A stretch of DNA of 20,698 nucleotides from positions 1 through 20,698 of the forward strand of contig JAYEMF010000034.1 of NCBI GenBank assembly GCA_034717975.1, read 5' to 3'. Source of the stretch: Campylobacterota bacterium. Lineage in GTDB: Bacteria; Campylobacterota; Campylobacteria; Campylobacterales; Sulfurimonadaceae. Shown here piece by piece: positions 16,870-20,698 of the stretch. Position 1 is the stretch's first letter, and each line of letters opens with the position of its first letter. The notes beneath the pieces are model-generated. The model ran no database searches. It saw only the letters and a list, made by a program, of their open reading frames with translations, and was not told the DNA's origin. Both the position numbers and the translations under genes were made by a program.

Positions 16870-17045
16870 ATTCTTTCCTTGAGTTTGATGCAAGAATTGT
16901 ACATTGATAAAGTTTCAACAAACCAAAAATCAGAGTAAATCTGTCTTGGTTAAAAATTCTCTAAGAATTGGGGCGTTTTACTCATCTTTTTTTAACCAAC
17001 AAATAGATAAAATCCACACTAATATTAAATATATACGGATAACTA

Positions 17046-19094
17046 ATGCTTCAACCACTTTTGATCGAAATCGGCGTCGAAGAGCTGCCGGCTGTACCCC
17101 TGCTAAAAGAACTTCCAAACATTGAGAAGAAATGGAGTGACATCCTCGAAGAGAATGCACTGCTGTGTGAATTTGAGTTTATCTATACACCGCGTCGTCT
17201 GGTGTTATGGCACCGTGAGTTCAAGATCAAGCAAGAAGACAGTGAAGAGGAGTTTTTCGGAGCGCCTGTATCGATCGCATATAAAGATGGCGAACCGACG
17301 AAGGCGGCTGAAGGTTTTGCCCGTAAATGCGGCGTGACACTCGATGAGATTTCCCGGGCCGAAAAAGGCGGTAAAGAGGTCCTCTATTATAAAAAAGCAG
17401 TGAGTGGAAGTTCCAGTGAAGCGCTGCTTCCGGCAATGATCGAAAAGTGGGTGAAAAGTCTGAGTTTCGGCAAGTCTATGCGCTGGGGTTCGCTCTCTGA
17501 GAGTTTTATCCGTCCGATCCGCTGGCTGAATGTGATGCTGGGACAGCAGCAGGTGGAAATGTCACTGTTTGGCGTGCAGTCACAAGCCATTACTTACGTT
17601 CACCGTATCGCAGACTTTGAGGCGCTAGAAGTAAAAGATGAAAAACACTATTTTGAATGTCTCAAAGCAGGGGCAGTAACACTTTACCCTGATGAGCGCC
17701 GTTTGAAGATCATGAATGATTTTGCAGCACTTAAGCAGAGTGATAACATTGACATTGAGATCGATGAAGAGTTGCTCGAAGAGGTCGTCGCCATTACCGA
17801 GCATCCAACAGCACTGCTTGGCAGTTTTGATGAGGAGTTTCTACGCCTGCCTCCTGAAGTCATTATTACCTCGATGAAAGAGCATCAGCGCTATTTCCCT
17901 GTCTTCAAAGATGGCGTGCTGATCAACAAATTTGTTGTGGTCACCAATGCGTTGAGTGATGATTTTTCAAAGGTGGTCGAAGGAAACGAGCGTGTTCTGC
18001 GTCCACGTCTGGCAGATGGACTTTTCTTCTATGATAACGACCTGAAAAACGGCCTCTCGACCAAGGGACTTGAAAAAGTAGTCTTTATGAACGGTCTGGG
18101 AACACTGTCTGACAAGATCAATCGTGAGACTTCCATTGCCCATCTTCTTTTTGAAGATTATGCATCACAAATTGCGGAAGAGAACGGTAACAGTGATGAG
18201 ATCAATAAAGAACATCTTAACCGTTCGGTAGAGATTGCCAAGGCGGACCTGATGAGTGAGATGGTCTATGAGTTCACTGAACTTCAGGGCCTGATGGGGT
18301 ACTACTATGCCGAAGCACTTGGTGAGACACCGGAAGTAGCACTGGCGATCAAAGAGCAGTACCTGCCTGATGGCGAAGAGAGTGATCTGCCATCTACCCG
18401 TCTGAGTGCAGTTGTGGCGATGGCGATCAAGCTTGACACCCTGCTTGGACTTTTCAGTATCGATCAGATTCCGACCGGTTCGCGTGATCCGTTTGCGCTG
18501 CGTCGCGCGGTTAACGGACTGGTTCGAATTGTACTTGAACATAAGCTGACCTTCGATGTGCGTGCGATGCTTCAAAAACTTGGTGCCATGTATGATAACA
18601 TCGATTTTGAGAAACTGGAGACTTTCTTCTTTGAGCGTGTCAATAGTTTCTATGCGGTCAACCCATCAATCGTGAAAGCGGTTCTGGCTTCGGGTGAACG
18701 TGAACTGCTCGCTATCGATCAAAAGATCGCCGCTGTCAATACAATGGTCCAGAGCGAGGCCTTTACAACGATCTTTTCGACCTTTAAACGTGTAGGAAAT
18801 ATCACCAAAGATGTTGATCTTTCTCAAGCATTGTCTGTTAATACTGCCCTGTTTGATAATGAGAACGAGACAGCACTGTTTGATGCGTATGCGAAGGTGA
18901 GTGCAGAAAGTTATGATAGCTATGAAGCACAACTGGATGCACTCTTCGGCCTGAAACCGCAACTCGATGCCTTCTTCGATAATGTCATGGTCAATACTGA
19001 AGATGAAGCGGTGAAAGATAACCGTAAAGCACTGATCGGTTCGATCTACAAATCACTGCTTTCCATCGCAGATATCAAAGAGATCAGTGTTTGA
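17046..19094 (+). CDS. glyS: glycine--tRNA ligase beta subunit
   Basis: LLIEIGVEELP, TPRRL, KSMRWG, FIRPIRW, HQRYFP, GNERVLRPRLADG, EFTELQGLMG, PTGSRDPFALRR, FFDNVMVN. Confidence 0.97.
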   Translation: MLQPLLIEIGVEELPAVPLLKELPNIEKKWSDILEENALLCEFEFIYTPRRLVLWHREFKIKQEDSEEEFFGAPVSIAYKDGEPTKAAEGFARKCGVTLDEISRAEKGGKEVLYYKKAVSGSSSEALLPAMIEKWVKSLSFGKSMRWGSLSESFIRPIRWLNVMLGQQQVEMSLFGVQSQAITYVHRIADFEALEVKDEKHYFECLKAGAVTLYPDERRLKIMNDFAALKQSDNIDIEIDEELLEEVVAITEHPTALLGSFDEEFLRLPPEVIITSMKEHQRYFPVFKDGVLINKFVVVTNALSDDFSKVVEGNERVLRPRLADGLFFYDNDLKNGLSTKGLEKVVFMNGLGTLSDKINRETSIAHLLFEDYASQIAEENGNSDEINKEHLNRSVEIAKADLMSEMVYEFTELQGLMGYYYAEALGETPEVALAIKEQYLPDGEESDLPSTRLSAVVAMAIKLDTLLGLFSIDQIPTGSRDPFALRRAVNGLVRIVLEHKLTFDVRAMLQKLGAMYDNIDFEKLETFFFERVNSFYAVNPSIVKAVLASGERELLAIDQKIAAVNTMVQSEAFTTIFSTFKRVGNITKDVDLSQALSVNTALFDNENETALFDAYAKVSAESYDSYEAQLDALFGLKPQLDAFFDNVMVNTEDEAVKDNRKALIGSIYKSLLSIADIKEISV

Positions 19095-20211
19095 TGTAGC
19101 CATCATCGGTGCCGGGATCAATGGCACTGCCACCGCACACTTTCTGACCCAGGCGGGCTTGAAGGTCGCGCTGTTTGACAGAGAGGGGATCGCCAAGGGC
19201 GGCAGCGGTGCGGCCGGTGCATTTATCTCTCCTAAAATCTCCAAAGGCGGTCCGCTTAAAGCGCTGATCGAAGAGGCTTACCTCTATTCACTCTCTTTTT
19301 TCAGAGATAATTTCCCCCAGCATATTACGCTGTCGCCTCAACTTCATATTGCCAAATATGATGACGATAACGAGAAGGTGGCCTATTTCAAAACGCATAC
19401 AAATATCCCTGTGGGTGATGTACCGGCTGAGAGTGAAGCACTGCTTCAGGATGCAGCCAAAGCATTTGCTTCTGTCTATATAAAGAATAGCGGTGTTGTT
19501 GATACAGAAAAGACGTGTAAGAGACTCTCTGATGAAGCCGAGTTCTTCCTAGAAGAGATTACGGCTATAGAGCGTGTTGGCGAGATGTGGAGAGTAGGCC
19601 CGATTACGGCTGAAAAGGTGGTGCTGGCGACAGGTGCCTATATTCCGGTAGTGGATGAGGCTTACATTAAACTCCGTGCCATCTGGGGCCATCGTATCAA
19701 TATCCGTACGACTACAACCGTCCCCCATATTATCCATCATCAGGTCTCATTGGCACCGACGACACCGGAAGGCTTATCTGCCATCGGTGCAACACATAAC
19801 GTGCACTATCATCCCCAATTGAGTGATGAACGTTATGACATGGATGCCGGCAGGGCAGAGCTGATCAAAAAAGCGACGGAATCGGTCAAACTGGAAAATA
19901 TCGAAGTAGTGGCTGATTTTGTGGGGCTGCGTTCGGGTTCAAACGACTATCTTCCGCTTTTGGGACGGATAGCCGATACTGCCAAGAGCATCGATTTGCA
20001 TCCGGAACTTTTAAAGGGTGTCAAAGTGCCTAAAGAGGAACTCGTATACCATCCAAATTTATATATGATCAACGGAGTCGGCGGTTATGGCTTTGTCCTC
20101 GGTCCCTATCTGGCAAAACAGCTAAGTGCCCATCTTATCAACCGTTCTGCACTCGATGAGCAGCTTGATCCGACACGTTTTCTCTATCGATGGGCAAAGA
20201 AACAAAAATGA
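19087..20211 (+). CDS. FAD-dependent oxidoreductase resembling the MnmC C-terminal (cmnm5s2U34 oxidase) domain, stand-alone
   Basis: IIGAGING Rossmann motif, GGSGAAGAFISP, VVLATG, IGAT, GLRSGSNDYLPLLG, LDPTRF; GTG start overlapping the end of glyS. Confidence 0.75.
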   Translation: MFDVAIIGAGINGTATAHFLTQAGLKVALFDREGIAKGGSGAAGAFISPKISKGGPLKALIEEAYLYSLSFFRDNFPQHITLSPQLHIAKYDDDNEKVAYFKTHTNIPVGDVPAESEALLQDAAKAFASVYIKNSGVVDTEKTCKRLSDEAEFFLEEITAIERVGEMWRVGPITAEKVVLATGAYIPVVDEAYIKLRAIWGHRINIRTTTTVPHIIHHQVSLAPTTPEGLSAIGATHNVHYHPQLSDERYDMDAGRAELIKKATESVKLENIEVVADFVGLRSGSNDYLPLLGRIADTAKSIDLHPELLKGVKVPKEELVYHPNLYMINGVGGYGFVLGPYLAKQLSAHLINRSALDEQLDPTRFLYRWAKKQK

Positions 20212-20352
20212 GCTGTCCATTCTATTCCTGGAGCATCTAAAAAATACGTAAAAGCCCTGAAATAACCACTTCTTAGACTCTGATCTGTCAAAAAAAGCTA
20301 CCAAAAGGTATTAGTTTAGCTACCGAGTAGCTAAAATCATCTCATCTCAATT

Positions 20353-20571
20353 TTATAAATCCAGAGGCAGGGTTCTGTCTGTCATTGATTTTGAGTTAAA
20401 GATGTATATCTTGTCAAACCCAAAATCAATATCTTTGATGCGCAGGCTTAATGCTTCTTGCATTCGAAGACCGCAGCCATATATCAAGGAAATAATCAGC
20501 TCATATATACCACTCAAGTTGGCTAACACAAGCTTCACTTCGTCTTTGGTCAAAACAACAGGAATATGTTT
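20353..20571 (-). pseudogene. intI: internal fragment of an integron-integrase-like tyrosine recombinase (IntI)
   Basis: KHIPVVLTKDEV...LIYGCGLRMQEALSLRIKDIDF...SKSMTDRTLP. In-frame TAG upstream (20581-20583) and a stop at 20353; N-terminal domain, HxxR box and catalytic Tyr are absent. Confidence 0.8.
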
Positions 20572-20572
20572 T

Positions 20573-20698
20573 GGGCACCTCTAAAAACCCTGGATATCAT
20601 CAGCGTTACATACATTTTCGTGATCAAGGCAGGTTCTTGTCAGCGTAGCAGGGCTACGGTGGCAAGGTTCTAACGCAGACTCACGGACATGTATGTAA
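20573..20698. mobile_element. putative MITE or IS end with an internal long palindrome (runs off the window)
   Basis: GGGCACCTCTAAAAACCC starts exactly where IntI similarity stops, followed by a hairpin at 20606-20698. The partner end is not visible. Confidence 0.45.

Noticed and set aside
16870..16893. Longer start for the superoxide reductase
   Set aside because: The AAGGA RBS lies within this stretch and points to ATG 16869.
16905..16919. TTGATAAAGTTTCAA as a Fur/PerR/FNR operator for the SOR gene
   Set aside because: Only a partial palindrome in AT-rich DNA, and the spacing fits neither consensus.
20218..20240. tRNA 3' remnant (att site) at TTCTATTCCTGGAGCATC
   Set aside because: No intact T-arm or CCA; the resemblance is too weak.
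20605..20698. Long hairpin as a canonical attC site
   Set aside because: attC sites run RYYYAAC...GTTRRRY. Here the outer arms are the other way round (GTTAC...GTAA), and no AAC lies at the proper spacing upstream. Kept only as an unexplained palindrome.

Overview
This window looks like core chromosome of a Campylobacterota bacterium, probably Sulfurimonas-like. That assignment is inferred from gene content and TGnTAnAAT promoters. From left to right it holds: the 5' end of a PhnD-like/TtrS-like exported protein (minus strand); a coupled operon of a TehB-like methyltransferase, an orphan ORF, an internally deleted MscS and a small multidrug export family protein; a YgiQ radical SAM enzyme; a 675-aa membrane-anchored REC-HPt protein with no kinase; YqiA- and YjbQ-family genes; a membrane protein; a degenerate P-loop ATPase; YwbE, hypothetical and YaiI genes; a tRNA-Gln/tRNA-fMet x2 operon under a perfect sigma70 promoter; ribB fused to a degenerate GCH II domain; a YbgC thioesterase; an exported protein with nine bacterial N-glycosylation sequons; a periplasmic protein paired with a divergent family-4 UDG; a DsrE-family gene; a superoxide reductase; glyS; and a stand-alone MnmC-like FAD oxidoreductase. 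At the right edge, an integron-integrase remnant abuts an IS-like end and a hairpin of at least 93 nt. The most notable items are the SPOR-like/TM/acidic/REC/HPt protein, the sequon-rich exported protein, the mini-MscS, the motif-altered UDG, and the disrupted intI with its palindromic element. All family calls come from reading motifs by eye; no database searches were run.
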